In this document: positions 12,423-25,570 of the stretch, in pieces
Numbering within the stretch: position 1 is the stretch's first letter
How the letters are laid out: each line of letters opens with the position of its first letter
Source of the DNA: Octopus vulgaris
Taxonomy: Eukaryota
Direction of reading: 5' to 3'
Assembly (NCBI GenBank): GCA_951406725.2
Contig: OX597818.1
Location: 90,644,001-90,708,000 of the forward strand
Length of the DNA: 64,000 nt
Notes under the pieces: generated by a model
The model's database searches: none
What the model was told of the DNA's origin: nothing
Seen by the model: only the letters and a program-made list of their open reading frames with translations
Translations under genes and position numbers: made by a program

Positions 12423-12970
12423 GAGTGAGAGAGCAGTGAATGTCATCAAAGTGACAATGGGGTAAAATATACGAAACCCAGTATACCCATCATGACAACC
12501 GTCATAAGAGTAAGCCAGGCACATGCATCGCAACCATATGCGCGAGACATGGTGATCTCATATCAAGACAAACAGCACATGACCTTGCAGGTGGGATCCA
12601 GTTAAAATTTTCTTCTGGTCGAGTAACCCATCCTGCTCAAAAGGTCCCTGAATAAGGGTTGTTTAAGAATGTTGAATGAAACACCCATGTTTCCAGGGGT
12701 GAATTATTCAAACCCCAAAGAATCCCTCTCAACACATGGCTACGATGCTCCCCCACTGCTTCTGCTCGTGATCAGAGATGCACATATCGTCAGCCTCTAA
12801 GGGACATGCTCAACTGGTTAAGGTCAAACAAGTGACAAGCAAATCTGTGGTATTGAGCAGAATATTTGCTGTAGCCCATCTTTTATACCAAGACAAAAGA
12901 ATGTATGTGATAACACTTCCAATCAGTTAAGATCAGAAGCCACGGGAGCCAGTGCCTGGTACTACATCAG
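12422..12970 (-). mobile_element. ~550-bp non-coding interspersed element embedded in (TAA)n
   Basis: Homologous copies at 36484-37021 (opposite orientation), 37125-37261 (partial) and 59925-60465; all are bounded by (TTA)n/(TAA)n. Confidence 0.85.
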
Positions 12971-12975
12971 TATTA

Positions 12976-13048
<73 letters not shown>

Positions 13049-13054
13049 GATCAA

Positions 13055-13235
13055 GAAGGCAGTGAGCTAGCAGGAATATTTAGCGGCATTTCGTTCGTCT
13101 TTACGATGTTCTGCTTAGGTCATCTATGCATTTTATCCGTTCGGGGTTGATAAAATAAGTACCAATTGCGCACGTGGTCGATATAATCGATTTCGCTACC
13201 CCCCAGAATTGGTGGCCTGATAAAAAATGAGAAAT

Positions 13236-13303
<68 letters not shown>

Positions 13304-13640
13304 AGATGGCGAGCTGTAACACCGTTCGCGCGATGCACAAAATGCTTAGCGTTATTTGTTCCTGCTCTTTGCGCTATGAGCTCAAATACATTACCTTTTA
13401 TCGTTTAAAGGTCGATGGAAAAAGTACCAGTTGGGATTGAGATCTGGGGTCGATGTAATCGACTTACTCTCTTCCCAGGATACCAATATATATGCATTCT
13501 AAAGCAGCGAGCTGGTAGAATCGTTAGCACGCCTGTCAAAACGCCTAGTTGCAGTTCGCCTGTTTTTACGCTCTGAGTTCAGATACCGTTGAGGTCGATA
13601 AAATAAGTATCAGATGTAATCGATTTCTTCTTCCCTGAAA
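13055..13640 (+). mobile_element. Cluster of three decayed SINEs (ggcgagctggcagaatcgttagcacg family)
   Basis: Repeated head ...gagctggtagaatcgttagcacgc, ctgagttcaaat and gtcgataaaataagtacc; relatives at ~7375, 7840, 8080, 32935 (+) and 25330, 41720, 42185 (-). Confidence 0.65.
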
Positions 13641-14420
13641 TATGTGTAAGTGATATTATGTGTATTAAAACTGCGTCAGAAAGTAGAAGCTCGTCGGCTT
13701 TTAACTTATTCACGCATGACTGATTATTGCCAGCATATTTCGTTATGAAAGCTTGACGTTATTGAAGTCCATTCGTCAGAAAAATTCTATAACTTTTCTC
13801 CTATAGTCTCCCCATTTCGCACAAATACAGACACGCAAACTCCATAAGTGTATGTATTATGTATAATTTATCCATCTCTTTATCCACACACACACACATC
13901 TATTATTCGATAGAGAAATGAGAAATGTTATGCGAATACCTGACATAAAAATGTAGAAATATGAAAGAACAAGCCTAGAATGTGAACAATGGAAAATACC
14001 ACAGATAAAAGAAATAGAAGAGGACCAAACGTTACAGATTATAACTTTTATTAGAGAGAAGTGAAAGTCATAAGAGAAAAAAGAAATCGAAGGGATTCAA
14101 AATTTATGGTATTGCTTTACATTGCATGCGAGCATAAAAAGGTTGTAGCGAATGGGATGTTGAGGTCACAATCTGGTATGTAGTGAGAGCAACTATGGTG
14201 AAATAAGTTGAGGGATCGAGTAAGGGAATGTGGAAAGGAGGAAGAGGAAGGGAAACAGGGAGAAGACGAGCAAAGGAAGGAAAAAGGAGTGAACTTTGGG
14301 TAACTGAAATATTGGCGTGCATATGTGCTTATGTGCATACAATATTCATTCTTTCAATGAAAGTTGTTTTAAGAATATGTATGCATGGGTGTGCGCTCGC
14401 GCGCGTGTATGTATATATAT

Positions 14421-14473
<53 letters not shown>

Positions 14474-14693
14474 TATGCATACATACAAAACATACACACA
14501 CATATATATATATATGCATACACATATATATATATATATATACATGTGTGGGTGCATATATATATATATATATATACATGTGTGGGTGCATGTATGTATA
14601 TGTGTAAAAACCAATATACATAAAGAAGCGAACACATGCACAAACATATCCAAATATATGCACATACGTACGCATATACATAGATACAAACAC

Positions 14694-14728
<35 letters not shown>

Positions 14729-14729
<1 letters not shown>

Positions 14730-15065
14730 CTTATATAAAATCCGTTCTGTTTGTCTGTGTGTGTGTGGCTTCTAGGATATTGGGCATCCTCCATCCGATT
14801 GCGCTCAAATTTGATATGTAGGTACCAACGGTATCAGGGCGTGAATAAGTCATGGAAAAATTACAAAAATCGATTCCAGGTAAGAATGCGATCGATAAAG
14901 CCATGGGAAATCGTTTTTCTTTAGAATAGAAAAAAGTCTATCTTTATTTCTTCTTTTGTTGGTGTCTCAAATTTAGCTTAAATCAGTGTTTCTCAAAGGG
15001 GAGGCCTATGGGACGGTCGGACAAGTTGTTTTGAGAAAATTTGGTTTAAATGTTTGACAACTCAG
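14729..15065 (+). mobile_element. Non-autonomous Helitron-like element, 5' part
   Basis: Starts TC..ATATAAAA, then a (gtct/gt)n tract and ccatccgattgcgctcaaattt; second copy at 22059-22430. Confidence 0.55.
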
Positions 15066-15998
15066 CACCATCCATTGGACGGGGAGCGTTTTGCGCGTAT
15101 ACATACATACATACATACATACATACATGCATACATGCATACATACATACATACATACATAGATGTTTGTGTGTAGATGAATACGCGTAAAATATATGAT
15201 GTATTCATATATCCGAACATTGACCATATAGTCGGCAGAGAAGGAATTCGAACACAGTAATATACATATATTTGTGCAGGTGAGATGCATGGTATATGCA
15301 TATATGTTGATTTCAATGGGAAATGGTGTCTGTATATCGATATATTTATATATCATACTATCCTATTCTCCAATTACCTTTTTATGCCCAGCCTGCAATG
15401 TAAATAGACTTCGTAAAGTTGGTATCGTTTCTCTTTCTCTTTCTTTAACAATTCTTATCCCTTTTACATCTCTTTGTTAAAGGGTATAAATTTAAACGTT
15501 AGAACCACTTCCATTCATTCAAACTGGTATTTCTTTTTGCACTGTATCACTGTTATTGATTCATTTCTTGCGTCTACCATTGTCTTCCATTCGATTTTTA
15601 CTTCTTTAACTTTATGCTATTAATTTATGTATAAGTGTATGTGAATGTTTGTGTGTGTGTTTGTGTGTATATGTTTCTTTGTATGTGCTTGTGAATCTAT
15701 GAGTGTGCGTGTGCACTATACACTTTTAACAAGTTCATGTACACTCGCACTTGATAAGACATTACGCTGCAAGAGCAGTCTCAGTAGATAACTCTCCTGA
15801 TAAGCAATATGTTTGAAAACATATCATGGAACCTAGTGTACACGACCATATTATATATCATTGTACACAGATATGCTTCATTTAACGCTACTTCGTGCTC
15901 TTCCACTCAATAAATTCCAGACTGGCCAAGCTTTATGTACATTAACAAATGTACACACTGTTCTTAAACTCACACAAGCATATTTTGGGACATATATA

Positions 15999-16039
<41 letters not shown>

Positions 16040-16413
16040 TATGAATATATATATATATACACATATATAATACATACATACATATATATATATATAATTT
16101 GATTTATACGAAATAATTTACGAACATGAATGGGTTATATTCACGAACATGAATTGGCTATATATAAGGATCCCTTTCAGGTGCGAATGGGTTATTTTCT
16201 TTGGATTTAAAAAATAATGTATTAGTTATATGTAGTAGATATAAGAATCCCTTCCAGGGCCATATTATCGATTATTTCAACAATCTAAGTATGTCACTAG
16301 TTTTCCAGACATGTGTACTACTCACGTGTCAAGATTCATCAAAATCGATAAAACGATGTAAGAAGAGTTAGATAACAACGCCACAAACAAACAGATACAC
16401 AGATTTCCAGATG

Positions 16414-16469
<56 letters not shown>

Positions 16470-16683
16470 ACGTAAACATACACACATCTGGAAATATCGA
16501 ATTAGCATTTATCTACTTTGCATACCGCATACAGTTTTGATGGCGGTGAATGTGTTTCTAACAATACAATGCTGGTGGTCTTATTGTTGCTGATGATAAT
16601 TGTGATGACATTAGTGGTGACGATGTTTAAGTCAATGGTTGAAGTATAATATATAGTAAAAATTAATCTTTTTACTTTTTCAG

Positions 16684-16779
16684 AGATGCCCTGCAACATG
16701 ATGCCGATGTTGGAAATAGACAACAGATACGAGATACCGCAGAGTATGGCTATTTGCAGGTACCTCGCCCGGGAATTCG
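16684..16779 (+). CDS. S-crystallin exon 2
   Basis: Acceptor tttttacttttt-cag; (K)[31 protein letters not shown](G) with cis-Pro and QSMAI (SNAIL-type) motif; donor GTAAGA; phase 1-1, 96 nt. Confidence 0.97.
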
Positions 16780-16789
16780 GTAAGAATTG

Positions 16790-17765
16790 TACTTCTCATT
16801 ATGTTCAAACGTTCTTGGGTAATGATTAAAAGTAGTTTAATTGCATGTGGTATCAGAGTGGTTTTTCTGTAATTCTCAAGTTGAAGTAGGTCTCCCACCT
16901 TGGGGGAGACCTGCTTGGGTTTGAAAATTATTGAGAATTGTAGCAGTCCTCCACTTTGGTTTCGTATTCTACTGTGCACCAATATAACGTCCACTCCAAC
17001 CTACAAATTTTACAGCAGAGGATGTGGAGTATCTTTATGGCACTCTATCCTGTACGCTTGATCAATTCAATCTGAATTGCATCTAGTCCTGATGCTTTTC
17101 CATTCTTTATCTTTTCCAGAACGTTTTCTAACTCACTTCTTAGTTGTTCAGTATCTTTCTCATACCTGAAAACCTGAATCAACCATGGCAACCTTTGACC
17201 ACTTTCATACAATTTCTTCGTGTCGTTTTTTACCTATTGTGTTTATTTTTGCTTTACCTATTGTGTTTCTGTTAGAACCATTCCCTCTTATGATACGATA
17301 CTACCCGTTTTTGCTGTGGATTTTCCTTTCAGTTCCCTCACCTGTTGGACAAGACCTTTCAAGATATTGCTTTTCGTTTGTTTTTCTAGTTTTTCGCACA
17401 GATTGGTTATATATTTGTTTTCATCTTTCCGACATTCTCGTTTAACTTCTTTGTTGATCTTTTTATATTCTTCTAAATCGGAAACCAAGGTTTTTGCTTT
17501 CCTCGTTTTTTCAACAAGAGTCATAGTTGCTACGGATATCTATGATTGCTTTCTCATTCTCTTTCTTGTTGGTAAGTGTATTTACTTTGGCAGATTCAAA
17601 AATTCCATTTTTCTTCAATTGCCACATATCGTCTGGGCTCTTCCCTTCTTGCATCTTCATTAGCATTTCGAATCTGTTGCTGATACTCACCGTCGTCTTT
17701 ATTGAGAGTTTCGGGGTTAGTGTGAGTGCTCATTTAGAAAGTTTGCATTTATGGTTGCGAAGCAT
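16790..17765 (-). mobile_element. RTE-clade LINE, inverted internal fragment
   Basis: Minus translations EEYKKINKEVKRECRKDENKYITNLCEKLE and [24 protein letters not shown] (linker and start of RT). Confidence 0.85.
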
Positions 17766-17784
17766 AGAAGTCTGAACAAATTTG

Positions 17785-18170
17785 AACAGAACATAATCAG
17801 TGCGTTTTGAAATGTAGGCATATAAGAGAATGTTTTGAATCTCTTACAAGGATCATCGGACAAATGAATAGGTGTTAAAACAAGTAGGGAAAAGGGGACA
17901 ACTCCTGAACATTTAAAAAAAGAAGAAGAAAAAGCCCATGTATTATGGTCATATTCCAAGAAGTAGAAGTTTGGAGAACATTATCATGGAAAGAAGAGTA
18001 AAAGGTTGTAGATCAAAAGGCAGGTAAAGAACACAATCGATTGACAATATCAAGAGCTGGTTGGACAAGAATGTCAAGGCAGCTGGAGAACTCACGCTTA
18101 ATCGGAAAGATCTACGTTGTAGTGTCCTTAACAGGCCGCAAGCGTACGATACATAACGACGACGGTATTA
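17785..18170 (+). mobile_element. RTE-clade LINE 3' end
   Basis: AFEM*AYKRMF*ISYKDHRTNE*VL...YYGHIPRSRSLENIIMERRVKGCRSKGR, an RTE C-terminus. Confidence 0.8.
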
Positions 18171-20001
18171 TGTTAAATAAATCTACCTCTCAGATAAGAA
18201 GTACAGAAAAATGTTATACAATCACAATGCTGTGGCTAATTAAGAGTGTAGAATAGTTAGGAAATTAAGAAAGTATGTCTTCAGCCCAAATAGGAGTTTG
18301 AGCTGTCTAGTAGCGTCTGTTGATGTTTTTGACATTCAACTTAAGGTTGATATCAGTAGAGAAAGATAACGGGGGGAAAGGTGGGTAGGGAGATGGTGGC
18401 AGAGAGGGACAGCTTTAGTGAATTATTAGAATTTACTGGAAGGATGGAACGGATAAATGTTGTACAGATCTAAGATATGAACATGAAACACAATAGGCAC
18501 GATAAACAGAGAAGTATTAGTTCCAAACATGAATTCAAATGGACTGGGCATGTAGAGTGTGTTGTAGTAACAGTATAAGCGACAGAGTGTATCCATCAGT
18601 TAGTGCTAGTCAATGAGTCTAAACCAATCATTCACGTATACACTTTTAGGATGAGACCCATTATATTTGTCTGTGTAAAACTTGCTCTTCCCCAAACATA
18701 TATGTAAATCACCTCGGCAATGTTGGCCTCACTTCTGCCATCTGTAGAATCAGCAATTATTCAGATCAGAGAAGTGGTTTCTAGCTTTCAGAAAAAAGAT
18801 AAAGATAAAACAAAACACGGCATAGTATTCTTTGAGATATAGTTTGGATTTTTATAAACTTATAGAAACCATGTAAGATCAACAAGTTAGAATAGGTTGA
18901 GTTTGCGAATGTTTTAGCAGATGTGAATGCATGAGTAGAGAGAGTGCAGTGATGTAAGTGTATTTGCTTCATACATTCAAGTACTTTTCATGCTCTTCAG
19001 ATCAAAAAATGCTAGAGCAGATGGTTACAACTTTTAATTGAACCATGTTCGATAGAATAAAAACAATGGGCTATATCCCTTTTGACTATGGAAGAATGTT
19101 TGATGAACATTTAAGAATCAATTATTTTCGGTATCTCTTCTATGTTCTGGCATTAAAAACTGAAATCTTGTAATCTGAGCACATATTGTCTTCCAGTGAT
19201 TACTAAACGTCAGTGAGAGGGTGCAGATAGGAGCCCTATTTGACAGACACCTGAACAGATGTTCTGACACAACCGGAGGTTTTATTAAACCCACAGTGGT
19301 TATAAAGTGCCCTTGCATGTTCACCATCTGTGAATATTTCTATCGCATCACACTCTGTCGCTGCAATAATCATTAACACTGGCTGCATTCACCTTTTCGT
19401 GACGTCTTGACTTTGTTCTGTTAGGGTCTCAGGCAAATTCCTTGCATCGTTAGTATAGCGGTTTATTCGCTACCGAATTGACCATGTAAGAACTTGCATT
19501 GTATTACTTGTTACCAGTAGCACTCATGACACAGGTAAACACACACATACACACACACGTCATAAATATATAATGATACGACAAAAGAAAGATCTTCCGT
19601 AGTTTATTAATACGTTTGTTTACTCTAAAGTATAAAAGGCATTAGCATATTAAGTTCTAAGAACTGATTATTAGTCTTGCCACTCCTAAGTAAAATCATA
19701 AGATATACACAAATACATATTTACATTCACACATAGTATAAATACATACACACATACATACATAAATGTGTGTGTGTTCATATATATATATATATATATA
19801 CGTTTATATAATCGTATATAAATGTGTACATGTATATATATATATACAAACATACATACATACATTCACACATAGTATAAATGCATACACACATACATAT
19901 GTGTATGTTCATATATACATATATATACATATATATATGTATATATATATATATATATATATAAATATATATATATACGTTTATATATTCGCATATATAT
20001 A

Positions 20002-20063
<62 letters not shown>

Positions 20064-20708
20064 TACATATGTATATATATACACACACAGACATACATAC
20101 ACATATGTATAGACAGAAGTTATAGAAATAACACTAGTAAAATATGAAGTAAAGAGTACAGAACCAAAATTACTATGTCGAGATAAGCAAGTTACATGAT
20201 GTGCTTGAAAAGCGTAGAAATGTAATGCGAAAACACAATAAACAAACAAGTGTATAACAAAGGTTAATACCTCAACGGAAGAACCAAGAAAACATGAGAT
20301 ATCCTTTATGAAAGAGAAGAAAAAATTGAAAAATAAATTGAGAAGCAAGGAAAAATGCTGAAAAATATGTCTGTTCACATTTCAGATCTCTTCGTTGACG
20401 CAAATATTAGCTACGTTATTCGTATGAACGTGTGTAACTATTTACATTGCTAGGGTATCGCAGAGTCATTCACCTCTACTGTGTGAATTGACGATAACTA
20501 CATACATACATACATACATACATACATACATACATACATACATACATGCCTGCATGCATGCATACATACATACATATATACTTATCTATCTATCTATCTA
20601 ACTATCTCTCTCTCTCTCTCTCTAAACATATATATATTATATATATATACATATATAGTGTCTGTACTATTATTTAGTTGAACGCCACGCGTACATTTCC
20701 AAGTATAT

Positions 20709-20777
<69 letters not shown>

Positions 20778-20859
20778 GTTGGAAATGTATGCGTGGCGTT
20801 CAACTAAATAATTGTACAGGTACCATATATATATATGTATATATGTGTGTGTGTGTGTG

Positions 20860-20906
<47 letters not shown>

Positions 20907-21189
20907 CATATATGGGTACAGGACGTCACCAGCAGTAAACAGCATGAAATACGAGAACAAATGAGTTAAATATGCAAATAACGAGAGAAAAATGGACAAG
21001 CAATAAAAAGAATGATCCTTCGTCAGTTGTCGGCTGTCTATCTACTCCCCATGTCGAGCAATCAACGAGGGGAAAAAAGTGAACGCTGAGAGAAACATTT
21101 TCTTTGAAAAGATAGAAGAGAGTGTTAGACGCCCAGTCCTTAGAACGTCCGTGCAGGAAAGAAAGATGGACGATTGTAATTGACAGAAT

Positions 21190-22056
21190 GCTGTTGCAAC
21201 GCCAGGAATTTTAGGAGAGAATAATCTCCCGCCTCAGTAACGTTATTTGACATTCCCTTTCCCCAGACTTGACTAGCACGGATTTTTTATGTTGGGGATA
21301 CCTGAAAGCGAAGGTTTACGTGAACAGACCAGAGACCTTGGTGGGACAGAAGGAGAGCATCATTAGAGAAATCAGAGAAGTGAGGTCTGAAACACTTGAG
21401 GGTGTTATGATGTGCAAGTTTTGGAAAGAGCACGGGCGTGCGAAGCCCGAAATTGTCGCCACTTAAGCGATGTCATTTTTTGTATGTGATGTAGTGGTGT
21501 TGCAAAATTTGACTTACTCTTTTACTCTTTTACTTGTTTCAGTCATTTTGACTGCGGCCATGCTGGAGCACCGCCTTTAGTCGAGCAAATCGACCCCGGG
21601 ACTTATTATTTGTAAGCCCAGTACTTATTCTATCGGCCTCTTTTGCCGAACCGCTAAGTGACGGGGACGTAAACACACCAGCAGCGGTTGTCAAGCAATG
21701 CTAGGGGGACAAACACAGACACACAAACACATACACACAGACATATATATATATACATATATACGACAGGCTTCTTTCAGTTTCCGTCTACCAAATCCAC
21801 TCACAAGGCATTGGTCGGCCCGGGGCTATAGCAAAAGACACTTGCCCAAGATGCTACGCAGTGGGACTGAACCCGGAAGCATGTGGTTGGTAAGCAAGCT
21901 ACTTACCACACAGCCACTCCTGCGCCTATATATTAATTTGTGTATATTAAGTTCTATTATGTCTTTATATTGTATGAAAATTTCATGCATTCATTTGTAA
22001 AGTTACGGGAGTTATTAAAATTTGAAGCCCATCAATAACTTTTGGTACACCCTGTA
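21190..22056 (+). mobile_element. Tc1/mariner-superfamily 3' remnant interrupted by a SINE
   Basis: PDLTSTDFLCWGYLKAKVYVNRPETL motif; right terminus ...ttttggtacaccctg-TA at ~22040-22056. Confidence 0.75.
21514..21930 (-). mobile_element. Full-length tRNA-derived SINE
   Basis: Minus strand begins GGCGCAGGAGTGGCTGTGTGGTAAG (A box), GGTTCAGTCCC (B box), has an internal microsatellite and a (GAGTAAAA)n tail; copies at 42939-43400, 61440-61906, 58860-59085, 23265-23550. Confidence 0.85.
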
Positions 22057-22058
22057 TA

Positions 22059-22430
22059 TCTATTATATAAAATCAGTTCTGTCTGTCTGTGTTTGTGTCT
22101 TCTAGAATCTCGGGCATCCACCATCCGATTGCGCTCAAATTTGATATATAGATACCGACGGTATCAGGGCGTGTATAAGTCTTGAAAAAAATTACAAAAA
22201 TCGATTCCAGGTGAGAATGCGATCGATAAAGCCGTGGGAAAATCAGCTGTTGCGATCGATACTATGCGTACGCGAGAAAAATGCACGTGCAGTTTGCGCA
22301 GAAAAAGGTCGGCCTGTTTGGTGTCTCAAATTTAGGTTAAATCAGTGTTTCTCAAAGGGAAGCCTATGGGACGTTCGGGCAAGTTGTTTAGAGAAAATTT
22401 GGTTTAAATGTTTGACAACGTTTTGCTCGA
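22059..22430 (+). mobile_element. Non-autonomous Helitron-like element, copy 2
   Basis: Clearly homologous to 14729-15065, 5' TCTATTATATAAAA. Confidence 0.55.
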
Positions 22431-22452
22431 ATATATATATATATATATATAT

Positions 22453-22640
22453 ATATAAGAAAATAGTAAAGAGTAAGAGCTAACTGCGAAACCGGTATTT
22501 CTTTAAAACTTATAAAATTATGTCATTTTAAGGAGGAAAAAAATTTTTCCAATATTCTCCAGACATTTTGACGCAAATATATATATTTTTTAACATTTAA
22601 GCCTTCTGTCGTTTTTTCACTCTTTACTATTTTCTTATAT
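22453..22640. mobile_element. Short element with 22-bp perfect terminal inverted repeats
   Basis: atataagaaaatagtaaagagt (22453-22474) / actctttactattttcttatat (22619-22640); a related right half at ~26655-26735. Confidence 0.7.
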
Positions 22641-22952
22641 TTTCACCCACGTGCTTTACCAAACAAACTTTCTTATCTATATATATATATATACATAAAC
22701 ACATGCATTATATAAACATATATGTGTATTAGCAAAACAAATACTGAAGCGTATTAGATACTCGTATATGTTTGTGTATAGGCATCAGTTGTAACCCATT
22801 GGCAAGTTTCTAACCTTTTCATATCTATATATGCAGACGTTTGCGTGCGTCTATATGCGTTTGTATGTAAATGTATGTGTATGTATCTCACTATGTTACT
22901 TACTTCTCCGAAGCTTCATTCATTCGAAATCAACGGTTACTTGTTATTTAAG

Positions 22953-23068
22953 GTTTCCATGGAAGAAATAACATTGACATGGCCAGAGTTGATTACATCA
23001 TGGACTGTTTCTATGAAATTATGGAAGATTATATGAGAATGTACCAGGACTCCAATGGTAGAATGATG
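22953..23068 (+). CDS. S-crystallin exon 3
   Basis: Acceptor ttgttatttaag; (G)[38 protein letters not shown]; donor GTAAGT; phase 1-0, 116 nt. Confidence 0.96.
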
Positions 23069-23554
23069 GTAAGTGTAACACACGCACTCTCACACACATG
23101 CGCGCACAATCATACACACTCGCACACACACACACACGCAGACACACATATATCACAGTGGTCGATTCATTCGTCTAACAATTATTCTAGGTGGTACCCC
23201 GGCATGGCAACAGTCAAATGACTTAAAGAAGTAGATGATAAACATAAAACACCCACATATATACGTTTCAGCCATAGAACTGTGGCCATGCTGGGGCACC
23301 GCTTTGAGTAATTCAAAACACATGTTTAATTTTTACATCTGGTACTTATTCTATCGGTCTCTTTTGACGAACCTCTAGGCTACGGGAACAGAAACACACC
23401 CACACAGGTTGTCAAGCGGTGGTGGGGGACAGATACTGACACAAAGCCACACACACACACATAGACATATGATGGGCTTCTCTTCCTGTTTCTGCCTACC
23501 ACTGACAAGGCTTTCGTCGGCCTGAGGCTACAGTAAAAGACACGGCTCGACAAA

Positions 23555-24390
23555 CACGGGGCCCGAGATGCGGTCAGAGCAACGAAACCGTTCTGCACGC
23601 ACTCGTGCAGTGTCCCACAATTTCCGACCTGTGGGCTTATGTCGAACAACTGCTGTCACGTGTGGGACGAGTCGGTTTACCAGCCGAGTACAGCGTCTCT
23701 ATTGTCACGCCTCCTTCCTTCAAACGGGAAGGAAGTGCTATTTTCATCACACTTGTGGCTATGGCGAAAGAATGTATCTGGTGGACGCGTCTGAAAGGAT
23801 TGGAGACAAACACTTTCCTCTCTGGTCAATCTCTCATCAACTTCTTCAAGTATCACTTGAAAAGGAAAGTGAGAGTAGCGAGGCAAGTTTTGTCTAGCGA
23901 ATGTTTTAAAAAAAGATGGGTGAATGTAGCAAGGATGGCACGTATGAATGACGAAGCCACCTTGAGCATAATCCTATAAACCCGGCGATTTAAAACAGAG
24001 GGTTACCTACTTGCAAACAAATGTGGTAACATGTAACAATATTGACCGCGGTTATCGTGGTCTTTTCCGTAGGCTTTTCTTCCCACGGATAAACCATATC
24101 TGCTTCCCCTTTACATCATGACACTGTGATACACGATCCCTATTGATCTTTTATTATTTTTTTTAATTTAAAAAAATTTTTTAATTTTTTATTTTTTGGT
24201 TTCTTTTCCTTTTTTTGTTTCCTTTCCATTTTTCTTTTTTTTTTTTTTCTTGTTTCTGCTTTCCCTCTTACGATCCCTTTTGATCGAAAACCTACCCCAC
24301 CTTTATATTTTTTTCTCTCCCCGAAAAAGAAAAGCTCTACTTTGTAATCTGTCCCGTCTGTATGCAACCCTGTGTGGCTGATAAAGAAAC
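23555..24390 (+). mobile_element. Tx1/L1-clade LINE 3' end, inserted in a SINE within intron 3
   Basis: RCGQSNETVLHALVQCPTISDLW (zf-RVT CCHC), continuing in ORF 23605-23979 (MAKECIWWTR...), then a T-rich 3'UTR ending gataaagaaa. Confidence 0.8.
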
Positions 24391-24585
24391 ATATCTATCT
24401 AACTGTCTGTCTGTCTGCATGTCTGTCTGTCTGTCTGTATGTATGTATGTATGTATGTATGTATTATGAAGCGTAACGTAATGTGTCTTTAATTCTAAAA
24501 CTAATGATGTTACATTGCATATGTATGAAAACACTGGTATCGCAATTCAAACACTCCAATTGATATATTATTTCTTTTGTTTTAG

Positions 24586-24639
24586 TTCGATAGAATATCT
24601 GACATGCGCAGTATGTATCATCAAAAGTTCGAAAACATG
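24586..24639 (+). CDS. S-crystallin exon 4 (loop, part 1)
   Basis: Acceptor tttcttttgttttag; FDRISDMRSMYHQKFENM; donor GTGAGT; 54 nt, phase 0-0, open in the expected frame. Confidence 0.85.
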
Positions 24640-25329
24640 GTGAGTAAAATTTTTATGGTTTCAAGAATGAAAACACTACATAAATAAATAAATAAATAGA
24701 AAGCGAAATGATAATTTGTGTTCAGGTTGGTCTACTTGTGCTGGCAAGTTTCTCTGCCCGAAGAGCTGGTAGAGTTTATTTGTTTTTTTAGAAGATACAT
24801 GCATGGTGATCTAGAGTCTGTCGTAGTCTGAGAATGCCGGTTCCGAAGTTTTGCAATTACTTGTTGATCAACCTGCAGAAATTATTTCTGTTCGAATATA
24901 TGTGTTGTACATTTACTTCTCTCCATCAAATCAACGTTACCTGAACATTTGCACGGAGTACCACAGATCAAGTATCGAAGAGCTACGTGGCATGAGTTTT
25001 GCTCAAGAAGACAACGTACCACCCAGTCCAGGAACTGAAACACCAATCTAGCGATCGTGTGTACAACACCCTAATCAGTAGGCCATGTGCCCTCATATAC
25101 ATTCACACTCCATCTCCAACTTTATTAAACCATTAATCATTGGTTAGTCTCTCCCCCTCTCTCTCTCTTTTACTTTCTCCTCATTCTTTCTCCTCTTCTC
25201 TCCCCTCTCTCTGCCTCTTTACATTCTCTCTCCCTCTCTTCATTCCCCCCTTTCTCTCACTTCGTTTTAAATCTAAAGTAAAAATTTATGTTTGAATCCG
25301 TCTTTGATGTTGTATATTAAAAATTATAA

Positions 25330-25570
25330 ACTATCTTATTTCTTTATTGCCCATAAGGGGCTAAATATAGAGGGGACAAAAAAGGACAGACAAACGGATT
25401 AAGTCGATTACATCGATCCCAGTGCGTAACTGGTACTTATTTAATCGACCCCGAAAGGATGAAAGACAAAGTCGATCTCGGCGGAATTTGAACTCAGAAC
25501 GTAACGCAGACGAAATACCACTAAGTATTTCACCTGGCTTGCTAACGTTTCTGCCAGCTCACCGCCTTTA
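25330..25570 (-). mobile_element. SINE (ggcgagctggcagaa family)
   Basis: Minus strand AAGGCGGTGAGCTGGCAGAAACGTTAGC...GTTCTGAGTTCAAATTCCGCCGAG...; aataaagaaataa tail. Confidence 0.75.
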
